In this document: positions 27,066 to 36,446 of the stretch, piece by piece
Layout of the letters: every line of letters begins with the position of its first letter
Numbering within the stretch: the stretch's first letter is position 1
NCBI GenBank assembly: GCA_964519725.1
Contig: CAZFKS010000001.1
Location: forward strand, 1-47,405
Source: an uncultured Gammaproteobacteria bacterium
Lineage (GTDB): Bacteria > Patescibacteriota > Patescibacteriia > Magasanikbacterales > UBA922
DNA length: 47,405 bases
Direction: 5' to 3'
Notes under the pieces: generated by a model
What the model was told of the DNA's origin: nothing
Seen by the model: the letters and a program-made list of their open reading frames with translations, nothing else
Database searches by the model: none
Position numbers and translations under genes: made by a program

Positions 27066-27452
27066 ATGAACTATCGCAACCCAAAAGTTGTCATCACTGT
27101 CCGTGTATTACTCGGCCTCTTTTTAATCTTTAGCGGTATTTCTGGCCTCATGGCCGGCACTGATATGACTGGTGTACCTGCGCCAATGGTTCCATATACC
27201 AAAGCTTTTTATGAAGCTGGGATTTTCCACATGATTAAAATTACGGAAATTGTGACTGGGCTCATGTTTGTGACTGGCTTTTTGCCAGCTCTTGCAGCCG
27301 TTATGTTCGCGCCGCTCTGCGTTGGTATCATTGTCTTTAACAGTTCAGTGGCCCCAGAATTTTTACCAGCTGGCGTAATTGTGACTGTTATGAACATTTA
27401 CCTGGGCTACGCGTACTTTGATAAATATCGTCCAATGTTTGCCCGTAAATAA
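27066..27452 (+). CDS. DoxX-like small membrane protein
   Basis: 128 aa with four TM segments and an RVLLGLFLIFSG start, as in DoxX-like families. Confidence 0.5.
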   Translation: MNYRNPKVVITVRVLLGLFLIFSGISGLMAGTDMTGVPAPMVPYTKAFYEAGIFHMIKITEIVTGLMFVTGFLPALAAVMFAPLCVGIIVFNSSVAPEFLPAGVIVTVMNIYLGYAYFDKYRPMFARK

Positions 27453-27454
27453 AT

Positions 27455-27940
27455 ATGCAAAAAATCACCCCAAATTTATGGTTCGATAATGAAGCCAAAG
27501 ACGCGGCTGAATTTTACATTTCAGTTTTCAAAGACGGAAAAATCACCAATGTTTCTCGCTATGATGCACCAAGCGCGGAAGTTTCTGGTCAACCAGATGG
27601 CTCGGTTTTAACCGTTGAATTTGAAATCATGGGCCAATCATTCCTGGCCCTGAATGGTGGTCCACTGTTTAAATTTAGTGAAGCCATTTCATTTGCGATT
27701 GATTGTAAGGATCAAGAAGAAGTTGATTATTTTTGGAACAGGCTCACGGCTGATGGTGGTGAAGAGTCGCAGTGTGGTTGGTTAAAAGATAAATATGGTT
27801 TGTCGTGGCAAGTAGTGCCAAAAGTTTTGAGCACGCTTTTGGCCAGCCCAGATAAAGCCAAGGCGAGTAAAGCCATGAAAGCCATGCTTGAAATGAAAAA
27901 ACTGGATGTAGCTAAATTAGAAGAAGCATTCAACAATTAA
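27455..27940 (+). CDS. VOC-superfamily protein (3-demethylubiquinone-9 methyltransferase-like domain)
   Basis: ITPNLWFDNEAKDAAEFYISVF and GWLKDKYGLSWQV. Confidence 0.75.
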   Translation: MQKITPNLWFDNEAKDAAEFYISVFKDGKITNVSRYDAPSAEVSGQPDGSVLTVEFEIMGQSFLALNGGPLFKFSEAISFAIDCKDQEEVDYFWNRLTADGGEESQCGWLKDKYGLSWQVVPKVLSTLLASPDKAKASKAMKAMLEMKKLDVAKLEEAFNN

Positions 27941-27950
27941 CTAAAAACAT

Positions 27951-28349
27951 ATGAACCGACCAGTACACTTTGAAATTCAAGCCCAAGAGCCTGAACGCGC
28001 CATTAAATTTTACACTGAGGTGTTTGGTTGGAAAATTGATAAATGGCCAGGCCTAGACTGGGATTACTGGGTAGTAATGACTGGGGAAAAAGATACGACT
28101 GAACCAGGCATCCACGGCGGACTTCTCAAAAGTCCAGCCGCTCAGCCACCAGAACAATGCGGCACCAATGCTTTTGTTTGCACCATGCAAGTTGATAGTT
28201 ACGACGAGACTGAACAGAAAATTTTAGCGGCTGGCGGCAAAGTGGCCATGCCAAAATTCGCGCTTGCAGGTATGGCTTGGCAGGGCTATTACCTAGACAC
28301 AGAAGGCAATACTTTTGGAATTCACCAAGCTGACCCAAACGCCAAATAG
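27951..28349 (+). CDS. VOC/glyoxalase-family protein
   Basis: PVHFEIQAQEPERAIKFYTEVFGW and C-terminal YYLDTEGNTFGIHQ. Confidence 0.75.
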   Translation: MNRPVHFEIQAQEPERAIKFYTEVFGWKIDKWPGLDWDYWVVMTGEKDTTEPGIHGGLLKSPAAQPPEQCGTNAFVCTMQVDSYDETEQKILAAGGKVAMPKFALAGMAWQGYYLDTEGNTFGIHQADPNAK

Positions 28350-28370
28350 GGTTTATTTAAATCATTAAAA

Positions 28371-28396
28371 AGCAAGGAATTACCACCTTGTTTTTT
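28371..28396 (+). terminator. intrinsic terminator after the VOC gene run
   Basis: AGCAAGG-aattacca-CCTTGTT (7-bp stem with one G:U) followed by a T-run. Confidence 0.5.
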
Positions 28397-28426
28397 ATTA
28401 GTAAAACCGTATACTAGATAAAATTT

Positions 28427-29185
28427 ATGAAACTTGAATTTGAAACAATTTCTCTAACAACAGAAAGCGGTCAAATCGCCCTCAGTATCACCAAGCCAGA
28501 CATAAAAACCAACCAAGTGGCTATTTTGTGTCCAGGTTTTTTGGACTCAAAAGATTATGCCCATTTAGTGGGCCTGGCAAATGATTTGGCTGAAATTGGA
28601 TATACCGTGGTCCGATTTGACGCCGCTGGAATTTGGCAAAGTTCAGGGGGAGAATACACTACTACACATTATTTGCAGGACCTTAAAGCTGTCCTTGATT
28701 ATATTTTGCAAGACTCAGATTTTACCAAAGTACTACTTGGCGGGCACAGCAAAGGTGGCTTTGTAGCCTTATATCAAGCTTGTTTTGACCCGAGAATTAC
28801 TACGGTTCTGGCAATCATGAGTACGTTTCCGTTTGTAAAAGAATCAAATGGGGCGGTCATTGAAAAGTGGAAAAATTCAGGTAAGCGCTTGTCAACGCGC
28901 GATTTACCAGCTGGCTTAGGCACTAAAGAATTTGTTACTGACTATTCTTACGTGGCCGATCGTCTGCAGTATGATTTGCTAGCTGCCTTTAAAAACTGCC
29001 AGGCTAAATTAATTTTTGTGGCTGGCAGTGAAGATAAAATAGCTTTAGCCTCTGATGTTAAAAGTTTGTTTGATCAGACACCTGAACCAAAAGAATTTAT
29101 TGTGGTTGAAGGGATTGGACATGATTATCGCAAAAATCCAGCTGAAATTTCATTGGTAAATAAGGAAATTTTAAAAGCTATTTAA
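28427..29185 (+). CDS. alpha/beta hydrolase
   Basis: Nucleophile elbow GGHSKGG, a late D and a GIGHD (His) motif. TATACT (28410-28415) lies 11 nt upstream of the ATG. Confidence 0.75.
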   Translation: MKLEFETISLTTESGQIALSITKPDIKTNQVAILCPGFLDSKDYAHLVGLANDLAEIGYTVVRFDAAGIWQSSGGEYTTTHYLQDLKAVLDYILQDSDFTKVLLGGHSKGGFVALYQACFDPRITTVLAIMSTFPFVKESNGAVIEKWKNSGKRLSTRDLPAGLGTKEFVTDYSYVADRLQYDLLAAFKNCQAKLIFVAGSEDKIALASDVKSLFDQTPEPKEFIVVEGIGHDYRKNPAEISLVNKEILKAI

Positions 29186-29186
29186 T

Positions 29187-29663
29187 ATGCCAGAACCAAC
29201 AGTACAGTGTCGGGATCAAGACGGAAACTATTATGAGGCAAAAATTTCAGAGCTAAGTTTTCGTCCTTCAATTTACGGCGTAATCGTAAAAGATGGAAAA
29301 GTTCTCTTGTCAAGAGATAGTAAGAGTTATGATTATCCAGGTGGGAAAATTGAGCTTGGTGAAAGTTTAGAACAAGCCCTGGTGCGCGAAGTAAAAGAAG
29401 AGACAGGATTAGACGTAAAGCCACAGAAATTAATTTATTGTGGATCTTCATTTTTTAAACACCCGTATTCTGGTGATTTTTTCCAGTCGATTTTAATCTA
29501 TTACACCTGTGAAATTACTGGTGGGGAAATTTCCCTCGATTACCTTGACACTGTGGAGATTGGTGTTTTACAAAAACCTGAATGGATTGATTTGGATAAG
29601 GTTGATAACCTACACTTTGGTAACGCAGATGTGGATGGTCGAATTTTAAAATCCCTCAAATAA
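29187..29663 (+). CDS. NUDIX hydrolase
   Basis: Nudix box GGKIELGESLEQALVREVKEETGL. Confidence 0.8.
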   Translation: MPEPTVQCRDQDGNYYEAKISELSFRPSIYGVIVKDGKVLLSRDSKSYDYPGGKIELGESLEQALVREVKEETGLDVKPQKLIYCGSSFFKHPYSGDFFQSILIYYTCEITGGEISLDYLDTVEIGVLQKPEWIDLDKVDNLHFGNADVDGRILKSLK

Positions 29664-29664
29664 T

Positions 29665-31041
29665 ATGCTAAAAACTCGAGCCAGAAAATTAAATGAGGGT
29701 ACGGTTGGGACTGGACCAATTGTGTACTGGGTAGACCGAGATTTGCGGGCGCAGGATAATTGGGCGCTATTATCAGCCCAGAAATTAGCTGCGGAAAATA
29801 AAGTACCCGTAATTGTAGTATATAATTTGGTCGTAAATTTTCTGCAGGGTTCAGCCAGACAATGGGATTTTAAACTTAAAACTTTGGAAAAACTAGCCGC
29901 GGAATTGGCTGAGAAAAATATTCCTTTTTTCTTAGTCCTGGATGAGACTGGTAAGGATTCGGTAAAACTATTGAGTGAATTCTTTGCAGAGCATAAAGTT
30001 GGAGCAGTAATTACTGATTTTTCACCGCTTAAAATTCAGCGTGAATGGAAAAATAATATAGCCAAAAAAGTTGATTGTGCTTTTTTTGAAATTGACGCCC
30101 ATAATATTGTACCAGTGTGGTTAGCGTCCCCAAAACAAGAGTTTGGCGCCTATACTTTACGACCAAAATTGCACCGTCTACTGCCTGAATATTTAGATGA
30201 TTTTCCTAGTCTACCAAAACATCCAGTAAAATTTGGTGGAAAAGTACCAAGCATTGATTGGAAGAAATTACTCAATCACTCTGACATAAATCAGGACGCC
30301 AAACCGGTTGACTGGGTAAAGCCAGGCGCAGATGCGGCCAAAAAAGTGCTACATGAATTTATTTCGGAGAGGTTGGGGGATTATGGTAAGCGCCGCAATG
30401 ACCCACTGGCCAATGCGCAATCAAATTTATCACCATATTTGCACTATGGTGTTATTTCTGCGCAAAGAATTGCGCTTGAGGTCCTAAAACACGAGCAAAA
30501 AACCATTACCAAAATTGTAAAAACGGAAAGTAGTGCAGCCGCTTTTCTAGAAGAGTTAATTGTGCGCCGGGAATTAGCGGATAATTTTTGTTATTACAAT
30601 CATGATTATGATAACCCGAATGGCTTTCCTGATTGGGCTAAAAAAAGTTTAGCCGCCCACGCTAGTGATGTGCGGGAATATCTTTACTCTAAGAAAAAAT
30701 TTGAAGAGGCTAACACCCACGACGACCTGTGGAATGCGGCCCAGCAAGAATTAGTAAAAACTGGTAAAATGCCTGGGTACTTGCGCATGTACTGGGCCAA
30801 GAAAATTATGGAGTGGACCAAATCACCAGCTGAAGCCATGGACATTGCAATTTATTTGAATGACAAGTATGAATTGGATGGACGCGATCCAAACGGTTAT
30901 ACCGGAATTGCGTGGAGTATTGGTGGGCTTCATGATCGAGCTTGGTTTACGCGCCCAATTTTCGGGCAAATTCGCTACATGGCCCGTAGTGGTTGTGAGA
31001 AAAAATTTACGGTTAAAGAATATATTTCTAAATTTTTATGA
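29665..31041 (+). CDS. phr: deoxyribodipyrimidine photolyase (class II-like)
   Basis: N-terminal VYWVDRDLRAQDNWAL, YLRMYWAKKI and NGYTGIAWSIGGLHDRAW, resembling class II CPD photolyases. Confidence 0.85.
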   Translation: MLKTRARKLNEGTVGTGPIVYWVDRDLRAQDNWALLSAQKLAAENKVPVIVVYNLVVNFLQGSARQWDFKLKTLEKLAAELAEKNIPFFLVLDETGKDSVKLLSEFFAEHKVGAVITDFSPLKIQREWKNNIAKKVDCAFFEIDAHNIVPVWLASPKQEFGAYTLRPKLHRLLPEYLDDFPSLPKHPVKFGGKVPSIDWKKLLNHSDINQDAKPVDWVKPGADAAKKVLHEFISERLGDYGKRRNDPLANAQSNLSPYLHYGVISAQRIALEVLKHEQKTITKIVKTESSAAAFLEELIVRRELADNFCYYNHDYDNPNGFPDWAKKSLAAHASDVREYLYSKKKFEEANTHDDLWNAAQQELVKTGKMPGYLRMYWAKKIMEWTKSPAEAMDIAIYLNDKYELDGRDPNGYTGIAWSIGGLHDRAWFTRPIFGQIRYMARSGCEKKFTVKEYISKFL

Positions 31042-31586
31042 AGCCAGCTGAATACATTGACGACGACCGTACCACGATCAAACGGTTATTTACTTTGCGC
31101 ATTCCGTCACTGTTATTTGGTTTATTTTTGGGTCTGTTCCTATCATTTGTTACCTCCAGATTTGAAACCGTGCTTGAGCAAAACGTGGCGATTGCGTATT
31201 TTATTCCATTCATTGTCTATTTGTCTGACGCAGTTGGCACCCAAACCGAAACTATTTATGTGCGTGACCTCAAAACCGGTAAAGCCAAATTTCACACCTA
31301 TTTACTGAAAGAATCAGCGCTTGGATTAATCCTAGGCGGGTTTTTTAGTGTCCTGACTGGCGCGATTATTATGATTTGGTTCAAAGACATGGCTTTAGCC
31401 TGGGCTGTGTCGCTCGGAGTTTTGGGCGCAGTTTGTTCAGCCCCAATTATTGCGCTCTGTGTCACTGAATTACTTGAACTTGAACACGAAGACCCAGCCG
31501 TGTGGGCTGGGCCAATTGCGACCGTGGTTCAAGATACGGTGAGTGTGATTATTTTTGGTTTAATTGCGAGCGCAATTTTACTCTGA
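31038..31586 (+). CDS. MgtE-like divalent-cation transporter, transmembrane domain only
   Basis: 182 aa. AIAYFIPFIVYLSDAVGTQTETIYVRDL resembles the MgtE TM-domain core. No N-terminal or CBS domains. ATGA overlap with the photolyase gene. Confidence 0.65.
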   Translation: MKPAEYIDDDRTTIKRLFTLRIPSLLFGLFLGLFLSFVTSRFETVLEQNVAIAYFIPFIVYLSDAVGTQTETIYVRDLKTGKAKFHTYLLKESALGLILGGFFSVLTGAIIMIWFKDMALAWAVSLGVLGAVCSAPIIALCVTELLELEHEDPAVWAGPIATVVQDTVSVIIFGLIASAILL

Positions 31587-32291
31587 CTTCATTTTTACTA
31601 AAAACGCATCGACCCAGTGGCCATAACCTGCATCACTGGGGTGAAATTGATCACTAGAGTAAGTGGCTTTTTTATTAGTGGCATTACCAAAGAAATCATG
31701 GACATTGGCAATTTTAACGCGGTCAGATTCTAATTTGGTGATTGCTTCATTCATTGGTTTAGAGCGGTGTTCAACTAGCCATAAATATGGTGCTGGGAGT
31801 AAACTAGCACCTTTGAAATTTGGTAAATTGGCCAGATAAATAGTGGCGCGTGTTTTAGTGGTTAGTTCAGTTAAAATTTCTTGAAGTTTTCCCATCACAT
31901 ATTCTTCTGTAGCTAACCGGTCAATATCATTGCCCCCAATTGAAATAGTAATAATGTCTGGCTGGGCCTCAATAATTTGCGGCAATTGAATATCAATCAA
32001 ATCCTGTAATTTAGCGCCGCTAATACCAATGTTTCGGTAATGAACCGAGTGGCTTTGAGCTAAATATTCAGCAAGTTGGTAGGGGTAGGTTTTTTCAACT
32101 TTTGATGCGCCTGTACCTTGAGCGGTGCTGTCGCCAGCGGCCAAGTAAATTAATTTGGGGCCAGTGCCAAGATCGCGGACAGTCTGAATAATTTCCGGAT
32201 TAGTGGCCTTTTTTAGGACCAATTTGAAATGAATAAATGAGTAGCCAAGGTACACTAGGACAATTAAAATCAGGGTTAAAAAGTATTTCAT
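31578..32291 (-). CDS. SGNH/GDSL-family hydrolase with N-terminal membrane anchor
   Basis: GDS block (AAGDSTAQG), GGNDI and DQFHPS (DxxH). TATAGT lies 8 nt upstream of the ATG. Confidence 0.75.
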   Translation of the reverse strand: MKYFLTLILIVLVYLGYSFIHFKLVLKKATNPEIIQTVRDLGTGPKLIYLAAGDSTAQGTGASKVEKTYPYQLAEYLAQSHSVHYRNIGISGAKLQDLIDIQLPQIIEAQPDIITISIGGNDIDRLATEEYVMGKLQEILTELTTKTRATIYLANLPNFKGASLLPAPYLWLVEHRSKPMNEAITKLESDRVKIANVHDFFGNATNKKATYSSDQFHPSDAGYGHWVDAFLVKMKSE

Positions 32292-32314
32292 ATCTTCGTA
32301 CTATAACGTGCTTT

Positions 32315-32343
32315 TTGACTTTTGGGTAGTCTATGGTTAAAAT
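32315..32343 (+). promoter_or_regulatory. promoter of engB (TTGACT-17-TAAAAT), leaderless geometry
   Basis: The ATG at 32352 is 8 nt after the -10. Confidence 0.55.
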
Positions 32344-32351
32344 GGTCTCAT

Positions 32352-32921
32352 ATGAATATAACTTCTGCCAAATTTGTTAAAGGAATTGTTGGAACAGACG
32401 ATATTTTGGAGCGCGACAATCCGCAAATTGCGCTCGTGGGCCGGTCAAACGTTGGTAAATCCAGCACGATTAATACCATTGTAAACCAAAACTCACTGGC
32501 CAAAGTCAGCAAAGTCCCTGGTAAAACTCAAGAAATTAATTTGTACGTCCTAAATAACAAATATTTTTTGCTTGATTTGCCAGGCTATGGTTTTGCTAAA
32601 ACTGCCAAACAAGGTCGGGAACGCTTTCAAAAAGTAATTGATTGGTACTTATTCCGCTCTGAATATGAGCAAAAATTGATTGTTTTGATTATTGATGCAG
32701 AAGTTGGGGTAACTAATTCTGACCAGGAAATGCTCATGGCCCTAGAAGAAGCTGGAAAAGATTTCATTGTTCTGGCCAACAAAGTCGACAAAATCAAATC
32801 GACTGAGTATGAAGATAAACTGCAAACAATTCAAGATACGGTCGGTGACCACTTAGTCATTCCATTTTCCAGTAAGAAGAGAATTGGGATCGGTGAACTA
32901 GTTGAACAAATCCTGAAATAG
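32352..32921 (+). CDS. engB: ribosome-biogenesis GTPase YihA/EngB
   Basis: G1 GRSNVGKSS, G3 DLPGYG and G4 NKVD. Start trimmed to the ATG at 32352. Confidence 0.9.
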   Translation: MNITSAKFVKGIVGTDDILERDNPQIALVGRSNVGKSSTINTIVNQNSLAKVSKVPGKTQEINLYVLNNKYFLLDLPGYGFAKTAKQGRERFQKVIDWYLFRSEYEQKLIVLIIDAEVGVTNSDQEMLMALEEAGKDFIVLANKVDKIKSTEYEDKLQTIQDTVGDHLVIPFSSKKRIGIGELVEQILK

Positions 32922-32930
32922 GAGTACACT

Positions 32931-32962
32931 TCCATATTCAGGAATTAACTTTTGAATATGGA
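32931..32962. promoter_or_regulatory. perfect 10-bp inverted repeat spanning the ABC-exporter start codon
   Basis: TCCATATTCA (32931-32940), a 12-nt gap, then TGAATATGGA (32953-32962). The ATG at 32958 lies inside the right arm. Confidence 0.4.
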
Positions 32963-34667
32963 CAAACAACCTAGTTTATTTGGCTTACTTAAGCCATATC
33001 AGGGCCTCGTAATCGGGCTTATTTCACTAGCAATTGGGGCAAATTTGCTCAATTTGCTGCTCCCAAAAATTATTGCCCGGGGGATTGATGCTTATGCACT
33101 TGGAGCGTTTCAGCTCAATACCACTCTGTGGGAATTTGGAACTTTAGCAGTTCTGATTTTAATTTTAATGATTTTGCAGACCCTGGCCCAGACTGTTGCA
33201 TCTGAACGAGTGGCACGCGACCTTCGTAAATCTGTGGCCAATAAAATTGCTGGTCAAAGTTTTTCTTATGTGGAAGAAATGTCGTCAGCCAAGCTTTTGA
33301 CCAATTTAACATCAGACATTGACTCCATTAAAACCTTTGTTTCACAGGCCATCCCGTCAATTATTTCATCACTGGTGTTAATTATTGGGGCTAGCACCCT
33401 TCTCTTAATTTCGGATTGGAAATTAGCACTGATTGTTTTGACCATTATTCCAATGATTGCGGTTACCTATTTCTTAGTGCTCAAACAAGTGCGCGAACTG
33501 TTCAAAAAAGGCCGAGAAATTATTGACTGGTTAAATAAAGTAATTAATGAAAGTATTTTGGGTGCAGCTTTAATTCGGGTCTTAAATTCACAAGCACCAG
33601 AACATACCAAGTTTACCGCAGCCAATACTGAGGCCAGAAACACTGGACTAAAAATCCTACGTCTGTTTTCTATTTTAATTCCAGTAATTACTTTTTTTGC
33701 TAATTTTGCCACTCTCGCCATTCTGGTTTTTGGTGGTAAGTTTGTAATTAATGGGGACATGACTCTGGGTGATTTTGCCGCGTTTAATAGTTATATTTTA
33801 ATTCTCATTTTCCCAATTCTAATCATTGGGTTTATGAGTAATATTATTGCCCAGGCTGGCGCCTCATACGCGCGTGTTGGTCAAGTGTTGGCAGCCAAAG
33901 AAGAGGAATTAAATGGAACAGTAACTGATCCACTGAGTGGCAAGATAGAGGTAAAAAATGTTACCAAAATTTATGGTGAAAAAACTGTTCTAAATGATGC
34001 CAGTTTCTTAATTCAGCCTAAAAGTAGGACAGCGATTATTGGTCCAACTGCCGCTGGAAAAAGTCAGCTCTTGTATACGTTAGTTGGCCTATTAAAACCT
34101 ACTTCGGGTGCGGTCACTTTTGATGGGCATGCGCTCAGCGATTTTGACCAGACCAAACTCTATAGCCAAATTGGATTTGTGTTTCAAGATAGTTCAGTTT
34201 TTAATTTGAGCTTACGCGAAAATATTGCCTTTAGCCCAGGCGCCACTGATGCGGATTTAGCTAAAGCCCTCGAAACCGCTGAATTAACTGACTTTGTGAA
34301 AAATTTGCCAGAGGGTCTAAATACTGTGGTTTCTGAACGTGGCACAAGTTTGTCTGGTGGGCAAAAGCAGCGTCTCATGCTAGCGCGCGCTTTGGCAGCT
34401 AACCCAAAGATTTTATTACTGGATGATTTTACGGCGCGGGTTGACCAAAATACCGAGCAAAAAATCCTCAGTAATATCCGCAAAAACTATCCGGATCTGA
34501 CTTTAATTTCAGTCACTCAAAAAATTTCTCCAATTACTGATTATGATCAAATTATACTCTTAATGGAAGGTGAAGTTTTAGCGACAGGAATGCACACTGA
34601 ACTTTTAGAAAGTAGTCCAGAGTATGTGCAAATCTTTAATTCACAGCAAAGTACCAACCAATTATGA
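32958..34667 (+). CDS. ABC exporter half-transporter (TMD-NBD), degenerate Walker B partner
   Basis: Six-TM domain, Walker A GPTAAGKS, canonical LSGGQKQR, and Walker B ILLLDD with Asp in place of the catalytic Glu. Confidence 0.85.
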   Translation: MDKQPSLFGLLKPYQGLVIGLISLAIGANLLNLLLPKIIARGIDAYALGAFQLNTTLWEFGTLAVLILILMILQTLAQTVASERVARDLRKSVANKIAGQSFSYVEEMSSAKLLTNLTSDIDSIKTFVSQAIPSIISSLVLIIGASTLLLISDWKLALIVLTIIPMIAVTYFLVLKQVRELFKKGREIIDWLNKVINESILGAALIRVLNSQAPEHTKFTAANTEARNTGLKILRLFSILIPVITFFANFATLAILVFGGKFVINGDMTLGDFAAFNSYILILIFPILIIGFMSNIIAQAGASYARVGQVLAAKEEELNGTVTDPLSGKIEVKNVTKIYGEKTVLNDASFLIQPKSRTAIIGPTAAGKSQLLYTLVGLLKPTSGAVTFDGHALSDFDQTKLYSQIGFVFQDSSVFNLSLRENIAFSPGATDADLAKALETAELTDFVKNLPEGLNTVVSERGTSLSGGQKQRLMLARALAANPKILLLDDFTARVDQNTEQKILSNIRKNYPDLTLISVTQKISPITDYDQIILLMEGEVLATGMHTELLESSPEYVQIFNSQQSTNQL

Positions 34668-36427
34668 ACTACACCTTAAACACAGCGGCTGGTCGTGGTA
34701 GTGCAAAAGGGGGCACTTTGGCCGCTGTAAAAAAACTGTTACCACTTCTCGCCAGTGAAAAACGAATTTTAATTTTGGCGCTCCTGGCAATTATTGTAAA
34801 CTCTGCCTTAAACCTGCTCACTCCAGTCCTTATTGGTCACACGGTTGATAAGTATATTTTAACCAAAGATTACCACGGTGTTTTGATTTTTTCTGGGATT
34901 TTACTAGCCATGTTTTTGGGCTCCACCTTATTTAGTTATTGGCAAACCACGCTTATGGGCGGGGTTGGGCAGCGGCTTCTCTTTAACCTGCGCGGTTCAG
35001 TTTTCAATAAGCTACAAGAATTGCCAGTGGCTTTTTTCAACCAAAACAAAGCTGGTGACCTGATTTCTCGGATCAACAATGACACGGATAAACTTAATCA
35101 ATTTTTCTCACAATCACTCGTACAATTTATTGCCAATATTTTCATGATTGTGGGAGCTTCGGGTTTTATTATTTATTTAAATGCAAAACTAGGGTTTGCC
35201 TCACTGGCGCCAGCTCTATTTTTACTGATTTTTACCAGCTCATTGTCTTCATACGTTAAACATAAAAATGCTCTTAGTCTTGATAGTACCGGTGACCTAA
35301 GTGCTGAGATTCAGGAAAGTTTAAATAATTTTAAAGTAATTGTGGCCTTTAATCGCCGCGATTATTTTAAAAATAAATTTGCAGAAGCTAATGACAAAAA
35401 TTATCGTGCCTCAGTTGGGGCGGGGATTGTAAACACTGTGTTTTTGCTCCCAGTTTACACTTTTATTGCCAACACCGCCCAATTAATTGTGCTGGCCTAT
35501 GGTATTTACTTAATTGCACACGGAGATTTTACTTTGGGTTTACTGATTAGTTATTTGACCTATGTTACCCGGGTGTATGATCCACTCCGGCACATTGCTG
35601 CACTCTGGGCGCAATTTCAAGTGGCCCTGGCTGGCTGGGATCGGATTACTGATATTTTGTCACTGAAGAATAATCTTGAAGTGGTTACAACTACAGAAAA
35701 TAAGGGTCATGTGCTCCTTGAATTTAGTAAGGTTGACTTTGGTTATACTGAAGATAAAAAGATTTTATCTGGGATTAATTTTACCCTTGAACCAGGCAAA
35801 ACCTATGCTTTAGTTGGGCCAACTGGCGGTGGAAAGACCACAACCGCTTCACTTATGGCGCGCCTCTATGACCCAACGGCTGGGACAGTCTATTTACATG
35901 GTCGCGATATCCGTTCTTATACTCCGACTGAAAAAACCAATAAAATCGGGTTTATTTTGCAAGAACCATTTTTATTTACCGGCACGGTACGGGATAATAT
36001 TTTGTATGGTAATGAGAAATTGCAACATTTATCAGCTGAAGAATTAACTAAATTGTTAGAGCAAAAAAATCTCAAGGAACTTGTTAATAAATTTGGGTCA
36101 GGACTTGATACCAAAGTTGGTGGCAGTGGGGAAGTGGTGAGCCTTGGCCAAAAACAATTAATTGCGTTTATTCGCGCTGTACTCCGCGAGCCAGATTTGT
36201 TGATTCTTGATGAGGCTACGGCTAATATTGATACTGTGACCGAGGCCCTGCTAGAAAATATTCTAAAAAAATTACCAAGTCACACTACGCTCGTCATTAT
36301 TGCGCACCGCTTAAATACCATTGAAAATGCTGATGAAATCTTCTTTGTAAATTCTGGTCAGGTTACGCCAGCTGGTTCGCTCGATCACGCCGTAGAAATG
36401 CTCATGCACGGAAAGCGGGCGAGTTAA
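34664..36427 (+). CDS. ABC exporter half-transporter (TMD-NBD), consensus ATPase partner
   Basis: Walker A GPTGGGKTT, Walker B LLILDEAT, H-loop IAHR, and a degenerate signature VSLGQKQ. 4-nt overlap with the upstream partner gene. Confidence 0.85.
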   Translation: MNYTLNTAAGRGSAKGGTLAAVKKLLPLLASEKRILILALLAIIVNSALNLLTPVLIGHTVDKYILTKDYHGVLIFSGILLAMFLGSTLFSYWQTTLMGGVGQRLLFNLRGSVFNKLQELPVAFFNQNKAGDLISRINNDTDKLNQFFSQSLVQFIANIFMIVGASGFIIYLNAKLGFASLAPALFLLIFTSSLSSYVKHKNALSLDSTGDLSAEIQESLNNFKVIVAFNRRDYFKNKFAEANDKNYRASVGAGIVNTVFLLPVYTFIANTAQLIVLAYGIYLIAHGDFTLGLLISYLTYVTRVYDPLRHIAALWAQFQVALAGWDRITDILSLKNNLEVVTTTENKGHVLLEFSKVDFGYTEDKKILSGINFTLEPGKTYALVGPTGGGKTTTASLMARLYDPTAGTVYLHGRDIRSYTPTEKTNKIGFILQEPFLFTGTVRDNILYGNEKLQHLSAEELTKLLEQKNLKELVNKFGSGLDTKVGGSGEVVSLGQKQLIAFIRAVLREPDLLILDEATANIDTVTEALLENILKKLPSHTTLVIIAHRLNTIENADEIFFVNSGQVTPAGSLDHAVEMLMHGKRAS

Positions 36428-36446
36428 AATTAGATTGCATACTGAT

